A DNA stretch of 32,000 nucleotides from Nitratidesulfovibrio vulgaris str. Hildenborough (GCF_000195755.1 NC_005863.1:1-32000), one strand, 5' to 3'; counted from the stretch's first letter, positions 16,223 through 26,631 are shown. Made by a program: numbers and translations. The notes: generated by a model from the letters alone, not told the origin.

Positions 16223-17851
16223 TCAGTCGTTGAGACCGGCGGTGAGGGTGGGGCCGGTGTCGAAGGGCGAGCGCGTAAGCTTCCATGCCGGACTGTGGAT
16301 CATGGCGTAGACGTCGCGGGCGAAGTTCACCGCGCCCTCGTAGCCCGCGTAGGGACCGGAGTAGTCGTAGTTGTGCAGCTGCTTGCAGGGCACGCCGAAC
16401 TTCTCGATGACGTACTTGTCCTTGATGCCGGAGCAGATGATGTCGGGGTTCATGCGATGGATGAGCTTTTCGATCTCCACATGCGACACGTCGTCGATGA
16501 CGAGGGTGCCCTCGCCCATGTCGTCCCACATGCCCTCGTAGGACGAGAGCAGCCCTTCGCGTTCGAGCTGTTCGCGGTAGGCGGGGTCGAGGCGCGGGCG
16601 GTAGCGTTCGGGGTCGGCGGTGACCTTCAGCTCTTCGATGTTCTTCGAGTCGGCGTCGACGCGGATGGTGGGAATGACCCTGCGCCCCTCGTAGTCGTCG
16701 CGGTGCGCGAACTCGAAGCCCGCCACCAGCGGTTCCATGCCGAGGTCGCGCATGAGGTGCATGTAGTGGTGCGCCCGCGAACCGCCCACGAAGAGCATGG
16801 CGGTCTTGCCTTCGAGTCCGGGCATGTAGGCGGCGAGGGCGGTCTCGGCCCTGGCCTCCTCTTCGGCGATGACGGACTCGATGCGCGCGGTGAGCGCGGC
16901 GTCGTCGAAGTAGCGGGCTATCTTGCGCAGCGACTGCGACATGGAGCGCATGCCGATGAAGTTGACCTTCATCCACGGAATGCCGAACTTCGTCTCCATC
17001 ATCTCTGCGAGATAGTTGATGGAACGATGGCACATGACGAGGTTGAGGTTGGCACTGTGCGCCGTGCACATGTCTTCGTAGACGCTGTTGCCGGAGAAGG
17101 TCGCCACCACCTCGATGCCGCACTTCTCAAGCACACGTTCAATCTCGTAGGCGTCGCCGCCGATGTTGTACTCGCCAAGCACGTTGACCGAGAAGCGGCC
17201 CGCCTCGCGTTCACGCGTGCCCAGTGCCATGTCGAATATCTTGTTGTTGGCGATGTGGTGGCCCGCCGACTGCGAGACGCCCTTGTAGCCCTCGCAGTTG
17301 AACGCCATGACGGGTATGCCCGTCTCCTTGCTCAATTCGCGGGCCACGGCCTGTATGTCGTCACCGATGAGACCCACCGGACAGGTGGCGTGTACGCTGA
17401 TGGCCTCTGGCCTGAAGATGGCAGCCGCCTCGCGGATGGCCTGCGCCAGCTTCTTCTCGCCGCCGAAGATGATGTCCTCGTCCTGCATGTCGGTGGTGAA
17501 GCAGTACGAGAGGTAGTTCTTGCCCGCCTCGCCCCGTGCGCGAAACTGGTTGCGCCGCGTAAGCCATGCGTAGAAGCTGCACCCCACCGGGCCGTGTACG
17601 ATGTGTACCATGTCCCCGTAGGGACCGATGACGACGCCCTTGCAGCCCGCATAGCAGCAGCCGCGCTGGGTGATGATGCCGGGCACCGTGCGGGTGTTGG
17701 CCTCTATCTGCTGGGCGAGTCCGGGGTCGCCGTCCTTGCGGACGACCATGTGGGCGCGGCGTTTCTTGGCCACCTTGGGCGGGTAGAGTGACGTCACCTC
17801 GTCCACGAAGGATTCGAGGTCGACGCCGGGGTCGGTCTTGAGCGTGGTCAT
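16223..17851 (-). CDS. nifD: Nitrogenase MoFe protein alpha chain
   Basis: 542 aa. RGCCYAGCKGVVIGPYGDMVHIVHGPVGCSFYAW and CHRSINY (FeMo-co Cys ligand region). SD AGGAGGAAG. Confidence 0.97.
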   Translation of the reverse strand: MTTLKTDPGVDLESFVDEVTSLYPPKVAKKRRAHMVVRKDGDPGLAQQIEANTRTVPGIITQRGCCYAGCKGVVIGPYGDMVHIVHGPVGCSFYAWLTRRNQFRARGEAGKNYLSYCFTTDMQDEDIIFGGEKKLAQAIREAAAIFRPEAISVHATCPVGLIGDDIQAVARELSKETGIPVMAFNCEGYKGVSQSAGHHIANNKIFDMALGTREREAGRFSVNVLGEYNIGGDAYEIERVLEKCGIEVVATFSGNSVYEDMCTAHSANLNLVMCHRSINYLAEMMETKFGIPWMKVNFIGMRSMSQSLRKIARYFDDAALTARIESVIAEEEARAETALAAYMPGLEGKTAMLFVGGSRAHHYMHLMRDLGMEPLVAGFEFAHRDDYEGRRVIPTIRVDADSKNIEELKVTADPERYRPRLDPAYREQLEREGLLSSYEGMWDDMGEGTLVIDDVSHVEIEKLIHRMNPDIICSGIKDKYVIEKFGVPCKQLHNYDYSGPYAGYEGAVNFARDVYAMIHSPAWKLTRSPFDTGPTLTAGLND

Positions 17852-17862
17852 GGTGCTTCCTC

Positions 17863-18258
17863 CTAGCCTTTCATCTCGTCGATGGCGGTGGCCCCGGTCT
17901 CTCCGGTGCGGATGCGGGCCACGTCGATGACGGGCCTGACGAATATCTTGCCGTCGCCCGGCTGCCCGGTGCGGTTGGCCTTCATGAGCACGTCGACCAC
18001 GGCACTGACGCGTTCGTCCGGCACGACGATGGTGAGCATGCGCTTCTGGATGAGCCTGCCCCCCTGTGCGAGGGCGGGCAGCACGTCTGCCGTATCTTCG
18101 CCGCTGCCCTCAAGGTGCTTCAGCAACTCGAACTCGACCGGCTTGCGCCCGCGGCCCATGCAGCGCGCCCCGGTGAAGGCGGGCAGCCCGGCCTCGACCA
18201 TCGCCTTCTTGGTGGCGTTGATTCTGTTGGGGCGGATGATGGCGATGACTTCCTTCAT
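17863..18258 (-). CDS. nifI2: PII-family nitrogenase regulator NifI2
   Basis: 131 aa GlnB-like fold (MKEVIAIIRPNR...GDGKIFVRPV) with an extended T-loop, located between nifI1 and nifD as in nifH-I1-I2-DK clusters. Confidence 0.9.
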   Translation of the reverse strand: MKEVIAIIRPNRINATKKAMVEAGLPAFTGARCMGRGRKPVEFELLKHLEGSGEDTADVLPALAQGGRLIQKRMLTIVVPDERVSAVVDVLMKANRTGQPGDGKIFVRPVIDVARIRTGETGATAIDEMKG

Positions 18259-18267
18259 GGCATTCCC

Positions 18268-18594
18268 CTAGCTTTCGCGTACGCCGGAACTGATGGTGTA
18301 GACCTCTTCAACCGGGGTGACGAAGATCTTGCCGTCACCGAACGAGCCTTTGGTGCCCGTGCGCGCGCTCTCCATGATGGCCTTGAGCACGTATTCGCGG
18401 TCGGCGTCGGGCACTACGGTGATGAGCATCTCCTTGGGCAGTTCGTCGTAGACGACCTCGCCGAACTTCAGGCCGCGCTGCTTGCCGCGTCCTGCCACCT
18501 CAAGCTTGGTGACGGCGGGGTAGCCCGCTTCGAACAGTGCCTGCATGACGGTGGAACTCTTCTCGGGTCGTACGATGGCCTTGATCATGATCAT
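18268..18594 (-). CDS. nifI1: PII-family nitrogenase regulator NifI1
   Basis: 108 aa: MIMIKAIVRPEK...AGRGKQRG...GDGKIFVTPVEEVYTI. SD AGGAGGA precedes the ATG at 18594. The upstream in-frame ORF extension to 18867 is repeat junk. Confidence 0.9.
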   Translation of the reverse strand: MIMIKAIVRPEKSSTVMQALFEAGYPAVTKLEVAGRGKQRGLKFGEVVYDELPKEMLITVVPDADREYVLKAIMESARTGTKGSFGDGKIFVTPVEEVYTISSGVRES

Positions 18595-18876
18595 GTCCGT
18601 GTCCTCCTGTGCGGATGGGGGCAGATAGTGGGCGGATGGTGGGGGATGGTGGCCTGATGGTAGCGGGTGCGGCTTGCCTGTCCGCCTGCCCGCCTGCCCG
18701 GTTGTCCAGTCTGTCCGCCTGCCCGGTTGTCCCGTGTCCCGTCGTCCTGTTATCCCGTTGCCCGGTATGGCCTGTCGGGGCTGTCCCGTGACGCGGGTGA
18801 CGCGGATGCCGTGGATGATACGGGCGACGCGGATGTCGCGGGTGACACCGGTGCCGCCACCTTGCATCGGGCCGCG
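18595..18876. repeat. 282-nt repeat-rich spacer between nifH and nifI1
   Basis: Direct repeats GTCCGCCTGCCCGGTTGTCC (two copies within ~18680-18735). GACGCGG and GTGAC motifs at 18788-18846. On the sense (minus) strand it carries many GGG runs. Confidence 0.8.
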
Positions 18877-19950
<1,074 letters not shown>

Positions 19951-20019
19951 TCACCTGTGGAGGCTTCCGGCACGCTTCGGTGAGGTCTGTCCGCGTAGCG
20001 TCCGTTCGCTTCGGTAAGG

Positions 20020-20034
20020 GCAAGGGATGTGCCA
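20020..20034 (-). promoter_or_regulatory. Sigma-54 promoter of the nif operon
   Basis: Minus strand reads TGGCAC-ATCCC-TTGC, an exact match to the TGGCAC-N5-TTGC consensus. It lies ~310 nt upstream of the nifH ATG. Confidence 0.75.
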
Positions 20035-20100
20035 TGAAAGGCGTGTTGCGTAACCTACTGTCATCGCATGAATAATCGTAGGTGCACACAACGACGCGCC

Positions 20101-20145
20101 GTGTCGTGCGACACGACGATTCTGTAGGACGCTACATTTTTGTAG
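20101..20145. promoter_or_regulatory. Cluster of palindromes at enhancer distance from the nifH sigma-54 promoter; candidate activator binding sites
   Basis: GTGTCG-TG-CGACAC (20101-20114) overlapping GTCGTG-CGA-CACGAC (20103-20117). TGTAG-GACG-CTACA (20123-20136) overlapping CTACA-TTTT-TGTAG (20132-20145). These lie 70-125 nt upstream of the -24 element. Confidence 0.4.
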
Positions 20146-20341
20146 TGTCGCGCGGTGCGTGCATGCGGCTGGGGCGGGGCGGGGTGGCGGCCCCTTTCGT
20201 GCCCCGTGTCTGGCCCGTATCGGGCCGGGAGTCTTGCGGGGGGAGTCTCCGCTGGCGGGGGGCAGACGGAGGCCGGAAGGTGCGCGTCTCGTGTCATTGC
20301 GGCAGGGACGGCTTCTCGCGTGTGTCCGGGATGGGGCGCGG

Positions 20342-20387
20342 GCCGGACAGCTGGCAAGCATCAGGCCGGACAGCTGGTAGGCATCAG
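20342..20387 (+). repeat. 23-bp tandem direct repeat upstream of nifV, containing a weak sigma-54-like match
   Basis: GCCGGACAGCTGGCAAGCATCAG (20342-20364) then GCCGGACAGCTGGTAGGCATCAG (20365-20387). TGGCAA-GCATC-AGGC has correct GG/GC spacing but poor flanks. About 150 nt upstream of the nifV ATG. Confidence 0.35.
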
Positions 20388-20533
20388 GGCGGGTCTCGGG
20401 GGCCTACACTGGCCTGTCGCTGGCGGCCGCGGCATCTATGGGCGGCGATGGAAGAGGGCGGGGCGGGGTGGCTTGGCGTCGGCGTCACGTCGGCTTGGCA
20501 TCGGGTCTGCAAGGGCACCTGCGGAGGTGCGTC

Positions 20534-21622
20534 ATGCTCATCGACTCGACATTGCGCGAAGGGGCACAGGCTTACGGCGTCTATTTCGACGCTGCGGACA
20601 GGGAGTCCATCCTTCAGGGGGTGGCGGCATCGGGCGTGACCGAGGCGGAAGCGGGCTGGGCAGGGCAGGACGACCTTGCCGCGACCCTCCGGCTTGGGGC
20701 GCGTGTGGCCCCGTCACTGCGGCTTGCGGTCTGGTGCCGCTGCTGCACCGCCGACCTCGACAAGGCAGCGGAAGCGGGGGCGCGGCGGGTACACATCGGC
20801 GTGCCGTCGTCGGATGCGCACATGCGGCTGCGTCTGGGCATGGGCCGCGACGAGGTGTTGCAGCGGGTGACCACGGTGCTGGAACACGCGGCGCACCTCG
20901 GCTTTCTGCATGTGACGCTGGGGCTGGAGGATGCCGGACGTGCCGCGCCCGACCTTCTCGAAGCACTGGCACGCACGGCGGCGCGCACCGGGGCGCACCG
21001 GCTGCGGTGCAGCGACACGGTGGGGCTTCTCACGCCCGACGGCATGGTGCGCCTCGTGCTGCTGGCGCGCCGGGCCTCTGCGCTGCCCGTGGCCGTGCAT
21101 TGCCACAACGACCTCGGCCTTGCCACCGCCAACGCGCTGGCTGCGCTGGACGCCGGGGCCGATGGTGCCGACGTCTCGCTGCTGGGCCTTGGTGAACGTG
21201 CGGGCATCACCCGTGCGGAGGAGTTGGCAGCCGCCCTCGTGGTGCTGCGTGGCGAGTCGTACCGCCTCGACATGCTGCGCGGCGTGTGCCGCAGGCTTGC
21301 CGCCTCGCTGGAGATGCGCCTGCCCCCGCACTGGGCGGTTGCGGGCGAGAACCTCTTCGCCGTCGAAAGCGGGGTACACCTGCATGGCGTGCAGCGCGAC
21401 CCGGCCCTCTTCGAACCCTTTCCGCCTGCGCTGGTGGGGGCCGAGAGACGGCTTGGCGTGGGGGGCAAGTGCGGTTCAGCCGGGGTCGCAGCCATGGCGC
21501 ACAGCCACGGCCTGACCTTGCAGGGCGATGCCCTGCGCCGTCATGTGCGTGCCGTGCGTGACAAGGCGTGCTCCCTTGGCAGACCCCTCACCGATGCGGA
21601 ATTCCTCTGCGCCGGGAGGTGA
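20534..21622 (+). CDS. nifV: Homocitrate synthase
   Basis: 362 aa. HMGL-like motifs: LIDSTLREGAQ (the DTTLRDGEQ equivalent), HCHNDLGLATANAL and GLGERAGIT. SD GGAGGTG precedes the ATG at 20534. Divergent from nifH. Confidence 0.9.
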   Translation: MLIDSTLREGAQAYGVYFDAADRESILQGVAASGVTEAEAGWAGQDDLAATLRLGARVAPSLRLAVWCRCCTADLDKAAEAGARRVHIGVPSSDAHMRLRLGMGRDEVLQRVTTVLEHAAHLGFLHVTLGLEDAGRAAPDLLEALARTAARTGAHRLRCSDTVGLLTPDGMVRLVLLARRASALPVAVHCHNDLGLATANALAALDAGADGADVSLLGLGERAGITRAEELAAALVVLRGESYRLDMLRGVCRRLAASLEMRLPPHWAVAGENLFAVESGVHLHGVQRDPALFEPFPPALVGAERRLGVGGKCGSAGVAAMAHSHGLTLQGDALRRHVRAVRDKACSLGRPLTDAEFLCAGR

Positions 21623-21786
21623 CGGCCCGCGTGGGGCCTAGGGACGCGTCGGCTGTGCGAGGGCGTACCGGGGACAAACGAGGCTGACGGCCCGCGTGGG
21701 GCCTAGGCTTTGCGAGGGGTGGCGTGTCGAACGTGTAGACCGCAGGGTCTGCACCTGACGGCCCGTGCGCGGGGGGTGGCGTGTCG
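21620..21786. repeat. Direct repeats downstream of nifV
   Basis: Perfect 23-nt repeat TGACGGCCCGCGTGGGGCCTAGG at 21620-21642 and 21685-21707, with a partial third copy at ~21756-21774. GGGGTGGCGTGTCG occurs at 21716-21729 and 21773-21786. Confidence 0.85.
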
Positions 21787-21805
21787 GGCAAGCGGGCTGG
21801 CGTCG

Positions 21806-21884
21806 TCAGGTATCAGGTGACGGTCAGGCTGACGTCAGGCGACGTCAGGCGATGGGCAGGTGATGGGCAGGCAGACGTCTTCAG
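21806..21884. repeat. Helically phased (T/G)CAGG repeats
   Basis: TCAGG/GCAGG starting at 21806, 21813, 21824, 21835, 21845, 21856, 21867 and 21880. Most spacings are 10-11 nt. Includes the palindrome TGACGTCA at 21830-21837. Confidence 0.7.
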
Positions 21885-21988
21885 GTTCATCCGCTTCATG
21901 GGGCGCGTCATCAGGATTATCGGGTGTCGTCAGGCGTCGGGCGGGCTTCATGGGGGTGACGGGGCGACGTCAGGTCCCTCGTTCGTAG

Positions 21989-22207
21989 TCAGGCGTCGGG
22001 CGCGAAATACGGCAGGGTCAGGCTTTCGCCATCCCATGCAGGAGGAAACGCGTTCATGCGTTCGCGCGCCCTTATCCCCAGCAGGGCAAGGTCGCCCGGT
22101 GTGCGAGGCTTGCGACGAACGCCTGAAAGCTTCTTGCCCGCCAGAAAGCGTTCTTTGCGAACCTCTCTGGCAGCGTCGGCAAATGTGGTGAAGTCATAGG
22201 TGCTCAT
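21989..22207 (-). CDS. Hypothetical small protein (72 aa)
   Basis: ORF MSTYDFTTFADAAREVRKERFLAGKK...; no motif recognised. Start chosen at the ATG at 22207. Coding status is uncertain. Sits at the edge of the low-GC island. Confidence 0.35.
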   Translation of the reverse strand: MSTYDFTTFADAAREVRKERFLAGKKLSGVRRKPRTPGDLALLGIRARERMNAFPPAWDGESLTLPYFAPDA

Positions 22208-22629
22208 GACGACCTCAGGGTACGGGGCTTGACCTGCTGGGTTTCTTCGGGTGATTAAAACTTGGCTGGTGATCGGGCCATGTGCCATTGTTCTTGGAGT
22301 GGTTTTGTTTCGTAGTGAAAGCCAAGGTCGTTATCGAAGGCGGGCGCAGACCCTACATTGAGGTGTAACCCTGCTCAGGCTTGGATAAGTCCCACCCCGC
22401 AAGGCATTGCGGCCGAGAACGGCTAGAATCTTGACCGGAGGGCACTCTCGATAGTGGCATGGTCAGAAGAAACTCGAGAGATCAAGGATAAATCCTCCTT
22501 GTTGGTTAAGTACTAGTATTGTTCGGCCAATAAAATACGTTGCAAGTATTCGGCAAGGCGATGGGGGTGGTTTCTGTTCGGTTTCCCTGCTGGCTATATC
22601 CCACTTGTTGCGTTGATTTTTCATAAAAC

Positions 22630-24444
22630 GTGTATCTTGGGTTTGATTCAAGATGGCCTTGCCTGAAGTATTTGCAATACCTAAATTTCTATGCCGCCAT
22701 TGCTGGCATGGTTAGCCTTGGAGGTAGTCTCATTTTTCAGCTCAATTTGTTTGAAGGATCACGAAACGTGGAGATTTCTGCTGCAGTGGATGCCCTGGCT
22801 TCACAAGGAGATGTAGAAACTCGCGGAGCGATTTTTACTCGGGAAGAAGTCGTTGACTTTATTCTTGATCTTGTTGGCTATAATGATGATCAAAATCTTT
22901 TTATGAAGCGTATTCTCGAACCTTCATTCGGAGGGGGCGACTTTATTTTTCGTATCATGGAAAGGCTTTTTCGTTCTTGGCGTAGTACTAAACCGTCTGA
23001 AAATGTAGTAGACGTTCTTGGAGATGCAATTAGAGGCTTTGAGATTCATCGAGACACATTTTTAGCAACTCATAGAGCTGTTATGTCTCGAATTGAGAAT
23101 GAAGGCTTTTCTTCATCTACTGCAAAGTGTTTAGCTGATCGTTGGCTCTCGAATGACGACTTTCTTCTTGCGCCACACTGTGGAAAATTTGAATTTGTTG
23201 TTGGTAATCCTCCATATGTGAGACAAGAGCTAATTCCGAATTTACTACTCAAAGAGTATCGTACTCGTTATCATACTATGTATGATAGGGCTGATATTTA
23301 TATCCCATTTATCGAGCACTCTTTGTCGTTGCTTACACGGAAGGGAAGCCTTGGTTTTATTTGTTCAGATCGGTGGATGAAGAACAGGTATGGTACTCTC
23401 CTGAGAAAATTGATAGCTGACAGGTTTAATTTGAAGTTTTATGTTGATATGGTTGGTACTCAAGCGTTTCAGAGCAGTGTTGTTGCATATCCCGCAATAA
23501 CTGTGATTAGTCGAGAAAAGCAGGTCGCGACTCGTGTAGCGCAACGTCCCTGTATTAGCAGGGCAGAGCTACGTAGTTTGGCTTCAGAGCTGACGGCAAA
23601 GCGTTTGCTAAAAGAATCGGTCTATCACGTACGTGAGCTTTCACACATCACAAAAGGGGGAGAACCATGGCTGTTTGAGTCTGCCGATAAAACGGCTTTA
23701 GTCCGTCGTCTTGAGCGGAGTTATCCGACACTTGAGGAAGCAGGCTGTAAGGTTGGGATTGGCGTTGCCACTGGGGCCGACAAGTCCTTTATCGGTAGAT
23801 TCGACGATCTTGATGTAGAACCCGACAGAAAGCTTCCTCTTGTCATGACCCAGGACATTGCATCCGGTGAGGTTAAATGGCGTGGTCTTGGGCTTGTTAA
23901 TCCATTCAACGACTCGGGTACTCTTGTTAACCTTCAAAAGTACCCGCGTTTGTCCCGCTATCTGCAAGAGCGGAAAGAGGTACTTGTTCGTCGGCACTGC
24001 GCTCAAAAAAACCCAACTAAATGGTATAAGACTATTGATAAGATTGTTCCGTCTTTGGCAAGCCAGGAAAAGTTACTCATTCCAGATATCAAAGGTAATG
24101 CTCATGTCGTTTACGAACAAGGTAGCTTGTACCCTCATCACAATTTATACTATGTAATTTCTTGTACATGGGACATCAGAGCTTTGCAGGCTGTGTTGTT
24201 GTCAGGAGTCGCCAAGCTTTTTGTTGAAGTATACTCAACAAAAATGCGAGGAGGGTTTTTGCGTTTCCAGGCACAGTATTTGAGGCGAATACGTATTCCA
24301 TTTTGGGAAGACGTTTCGCTTGGGCTACGTGAAGAACTTATAGTAGCTGCCAAGAGTAGAAATCTTGAGGCATGTAACGCAGCAGCCTATCGGCTTTATG
24401 CGTTGACAGGTGAGGAAAGGGCAGCAATCGAGGGGTTAGGCTAA
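22630..24444 (+). CDS. Gamma-class N6-adenine DNA methyltransferase (Eco57I/TaqI-like fold; candidate M.PaeR7I/M.XhoI-type enzyme)
   Basis: AdoMet motif [12 protein letters not shown] lies upstream of catalytic motif [11 protein letters not shown] (the gamma order). N-terminal [16 protein letters not shown] block. Long C-terminal target-recognition region. Start is uncertain: GTG 22630, ATG 22708, or GTG 22768 (preceded by GAAGGA). Confidence 0.9.
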   Translation: MYLGFDSRWPCLKYLQYLNFYAAIAGMVSLGGSLIFQLNLFEGSRNVEISAAVDALASQGDVETRGAIFTREEVVDFILDLVGYNDDQNLFMKRILEPSFGGGDFIFRIMERLFRSWRSTKPSENVVDVLGDAIRGFEIHRDTFLATHRAVMSRIENEGFSSSTAKCLADRWLSNDDFLLAPHCGKFEFVVGNPPYVRQELIPNLLLKEYRTRYHTMYDRADIYIPFIEHSLSLLTRKGSLGFICSDRWMKNRYGTLLRKLIADRFNLKFYVDMVGTQAFQSSVVAYPAITVISREKQVATRVAQRPCISRAELRSLASELTAKRLLKESVYHVRELSHITKGGEPWLFESADKTALVRRLERSYPTLEEAGCKVGIGVATGADKSFIGRFDDLDVEPDRKLPLVMTQDIASGEVKWRGLGLVNPFNDSGTLVNLQKYPRLSRYLQERKEVLVRRHCAQKNPTKWYKTIDKIVPSLASQEKLLIPDIKGNAHVVYEQGSLYPHHNLYYVISCTWDIRALQAVLLSGVAKLFVEVYSTKMRGGFLRFQAQYLRRIRIPFWEDVSLGLREELIVAAKSRNLEACNAAAYRLYALTGEERAAIEGLG

Positions 24445-25184
24445 TGTCATTGGACTTGGTGAATTATGAACGTAAAGTGTGTGAAGCTGTGCAGGCTTTT
24501 TGGAATAATCGTGCCTCAGCTCGCGAAAAGCAACTTGAATCTGGGAAGACAGATCAGGGAGAGCGCGCAGGTGTAACTGCAGGCAAGAATATGGATGGCT
24601 TTGTCGAGTTGGTACTTGATATTGTACGTGCAAATGGTCTTGCACATGCAGATATTCATCAGAATAAAGGGCTTCTCACGCTTCCTGGTTTTTTCCGGCC
24701 GACAAAACTATGGGATCTGTTGGTTATCTCTGAAGGGCAGTTGATAGCTGCTGTTGAGTTTAAAAGTCAAGTTGGACCGTCATTCGGTAATAATTTCAAC
24801 AACCGAGCAGAAGAAGCCATAGGTACGGCACATGATTTTTGGACGGCGTATAGGGATGGTGCTTTCGGTGAACAGCCCAGACCATTTATCGGGTGGCTTA
24901 TGTTGGTTGAAGATGCACCAGCGTCCCGTGCAGCTGTTCAGGAGTGTTCTCCCCACTTCCCTGTTTTTCTAGAGTTTAAGGGTGCATCATACATAAAAAG
25001 ATATGACATCCTTTGCCAAAAGCTTATGCATGAGAGGCTCTATACAACTGCCTCAGTTATAGCATCACCCAAGAATAATTGTCGCTTAGGTCAATATTCC
25101 TCTTTGTCTCCTATGACAAATATAAAAACGTTTGTAACGTCTCTTGCTGGCCATATTGCCGCCGAAGCCGCTCGGCTTTCTTAA
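24444..25184 (+). CDS. Type II restriction endonuclease, XhoI/PaeR7I-like (predicted CTCGAG specificity)
   Basis: 246 aa. The ATG overlaps the methylase TAA by 1 nt (TAATG). E-x-K-type catalytic candidate AVEFKSQ preceded by WDLLV. From memory, the methylase-then-246-codon-endonuclease order and size match the published PaeR7I system. The family call is unverified. Confidence 0.65.
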   Translation: MSLDLVNYERKVCEAVQAFWNNRASAREKQLESGKTDQGERAGVTAGKNMDGFVELVLDIVRANGLAHADIHQNKGLLTLPGFFRPTKLWDLLVISEGQLIAAVEFKSQVGPSFGNNFNNRAEEAIGTAHDFWTAYRDGAFGEQPRPFIGWLMLVEDAPASRAAVQECSPHFPVFLEFKGASYIKRYDILCQKLMHERLYTTASVIASPKNNCRLGQYSSLSPMTNIKTFVTSLAGHIAAEAARLS

Positions 25185-25338
25185 TACATATGTTCCACCT
25201 GTAGTTATTAAAGAAAGCAACATGAAAAATTGGTGTGCTGGTTTCAAATCTGTGAAGTGATTGATTGTCATAACTCCCGTAACGACTGATACTTCGGCCT
25301 GAACGGTGACCTCTTTGCCCAGCCGGGGCTGGCGCATC

Positions 25339-26592
25339 CTACCAGAGTGTCCACGCCCCGGTGGCGACGACCCACAGGCCGAGCAATCCGTTGGTGACGG
25401 CGTGGGCGACCACGCAGCACATCACGCTGCCCGTGCGCAGGGCCACGAGGTTGTACGCCGCGCCCGCCGCCATGCCCGCCACGATGAGGTTGTGTTCGAG
25501 TCCGAACAGTATCGTCACGGCGATGAACGATGTCGCATGGAACCGCGTCAGCGGCACGGTGCGGAAGTCGCCGCCCTGAAGGTGGCGCAGCAGGAACGAC
25601 CGCCAGAAGAGTTCTTCGGCGAGGGGCACCAGCAGCGTCGCCCCGATGAAGCGGATGGTGAGCAGGGCGGGTCTGCCCGCGTCGCCCCATGCCTCGTGCG
25701 CGAAGGGGGCGGGTTCGCCCATGCGTGCCCACGGCACGTCCAGCGCCAGCCATGCCGCGAAGACGGCCACCCCCACCACGATGGCGAAGGGCAGTCCGCG
25801 CAGGTCGGCCTTCGCGAACCGGAGTTCGGTGCAGCGGGGCAGGCACACCGCCAGCACAAGGCCCACACACAGGGCCTTGACCGGGTACAGCCCGCCTGCG
25901 AAGTCGCCGTAGGTGGCAAGCGTGGTGGAGGAGATGCCGAGCATGGAGGCCGCTTCGACCACGAGGACGAAGGCCATGTACGCCGCGAAGGGCGCCACCC
26001 GCCACGCGATGGCGGCTACGGGGGCGGAGGTGGCCTTGCCTGCACCCGTGGTGGTGTCAGCCCCTGCGGTATTCGCGAGCCCGGCCGGTTCGCCGGGACC
26101 GGAGGGCCTGTCGGGGTCAGGGGCAGGGTCGTGCGCAGGGTCGGGTGGGGCTTCTTCGGTCACGCCCGTGCCGACGGGGTGACGCGCGCTGCCGGGGGCG
26201 GCGTCTCCGGACACCGGGGCGTCTGCATGGGGTGCGCTTCCGGGGCGGGCAGCAGAGGCCATGCTCTCCGCGTTGCCCGGTGTGTTTCGTGGCGTGTTCG
26301 CGGGCGCGTCCGGTGACGTGTCCGGTGACGAGCCCGGTGGCGTGCCGGGTGCGGTGCCCGGTGCGGTATAGGGCGATGTTACACGGTTCGTGTCCGGATG
26401 CGCATCCGGTGATGCCGTTTCGGGTGACGTGCCCCATGGCGTGGCGTGTCCCGTATCCGGTGATGCCGTGCCCGGTGCCGTGTCCGCTAGAGAGTCTGGT
26501 GACGTGTCTGGTGACGTTTCGGGGTGAGCGTCAGATCGAGCGTCCGGATGAACTTCAGGGTGCGCAGTCGGGGGGGTCTTCATGGGGGGCAC
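25339..26592 (-). CDS. CPBP-family (CAAX/Abi) intramembrane glutamic protease with a long low-complexity N-terminal region
   Basis: Signature motifs EELFWRSFLL (EExxxR), FGLEHN (FxxxH) and VAHAVTNG (HxxxN) within a multi-TM C-terminal half. The first ~110-190 aa are S/P/D/T/A-rich. An alternative start at ATG 26262 (SD GGAGAG) would make 26263-26631 a repeat-rich spacer. Confidence 0.8.
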   Translation of the reverse strand: MPPMKTPPTAHPEVHPDARSDAHPETSPDTSPDSLADTAPGTASPDTGHATPWGTSPETASPDAHPDTNRVTSPYTAPGTAPGTPPGSSPDTSPDAPANTPRNTPGNAESMASAARPGSAPHADAPVSGDAAPGSARHPVGTGVTEEAPPDPAHDPAPDPDRPSGPGEPAGLANTAGADTTTGAGKATSAPVAAIAWRVAPFAAYMAFVLVVEAASMLGISSTTLATYGDFAGGLYPVKALCVGLVLAVCLPRCTELRFAKADLRGLPFAIVVGVAVFAAWLALDVPWARMGEPAPFAHEAWGDAGRPALLTIRFIGATLLVPLAEELFWRSFLLRHLQGGDFRTVPLTRFHATSFIAVTILFGLEHNLIVAGMAAGAAYNLVALRTGSVMCCVVAHAVTNGLLGLWVVATGAWTLW

Positions 26593-26631
26593 CTGCCGGG
26601 GCGAGGGTGGGTGAGGGTAGTCGTGCCGGTG

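Larger units (their letters stand above)
22290..25260. other. AT-rich genomic island, likely horizontally acquired, carrying a type II restriction-modification system
   Basis: Abrupt visible drop in G+C and a change in codon style relative to both flanks. No integrase, transposase or flanking direct repeats were found. Confidence 0.75.

Noticed and set aside
20035-20340. Classical NifA upstream activator sequence TGT-N10-ACA upstream of the nifH promoter
   Set aside because: I checked each TGT in this interval by eye and none is followed by ACA after 10 nt. Other palindromes are reported instead.
20155-21195. 346-aa plus-strand ORF and other alternative-frame or antisense ORFs over nifV (20614-21495 minus, 20714-21385 minus, 20931-21515 plus)
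   Set aside because: The nifV frame from 20534 carries the HMGL-family catalytic motifs. The others are high-GC alternative frames.
22300-22460. Possible toxin gene remnant upstream of the 72-aa orphan ORF (hypothetical toxin-antitoxin pair)
   Set aside because: All three minus-strand frames are broken by stops within ~35 codons, and no toxin family motif was recognisable.
22463-22651. 62-aa minus-strand ORF upstream of the methyltransferase (possible controller protein)
   Set aside because: No helix-turn-helix pattern, the orientation is odd for a C protein, and it overlaps the likely methylase promoter and start region.
22290-25260. Mobile element (transposon or integrative element) delimiting the low-GC island
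   Set aside because: No transposase, integrase, tRNA target, or terminal inverted or direct repeats were found. Only a 6-nt GTGATT match occurs near both edges. Reported as a compositional island only.
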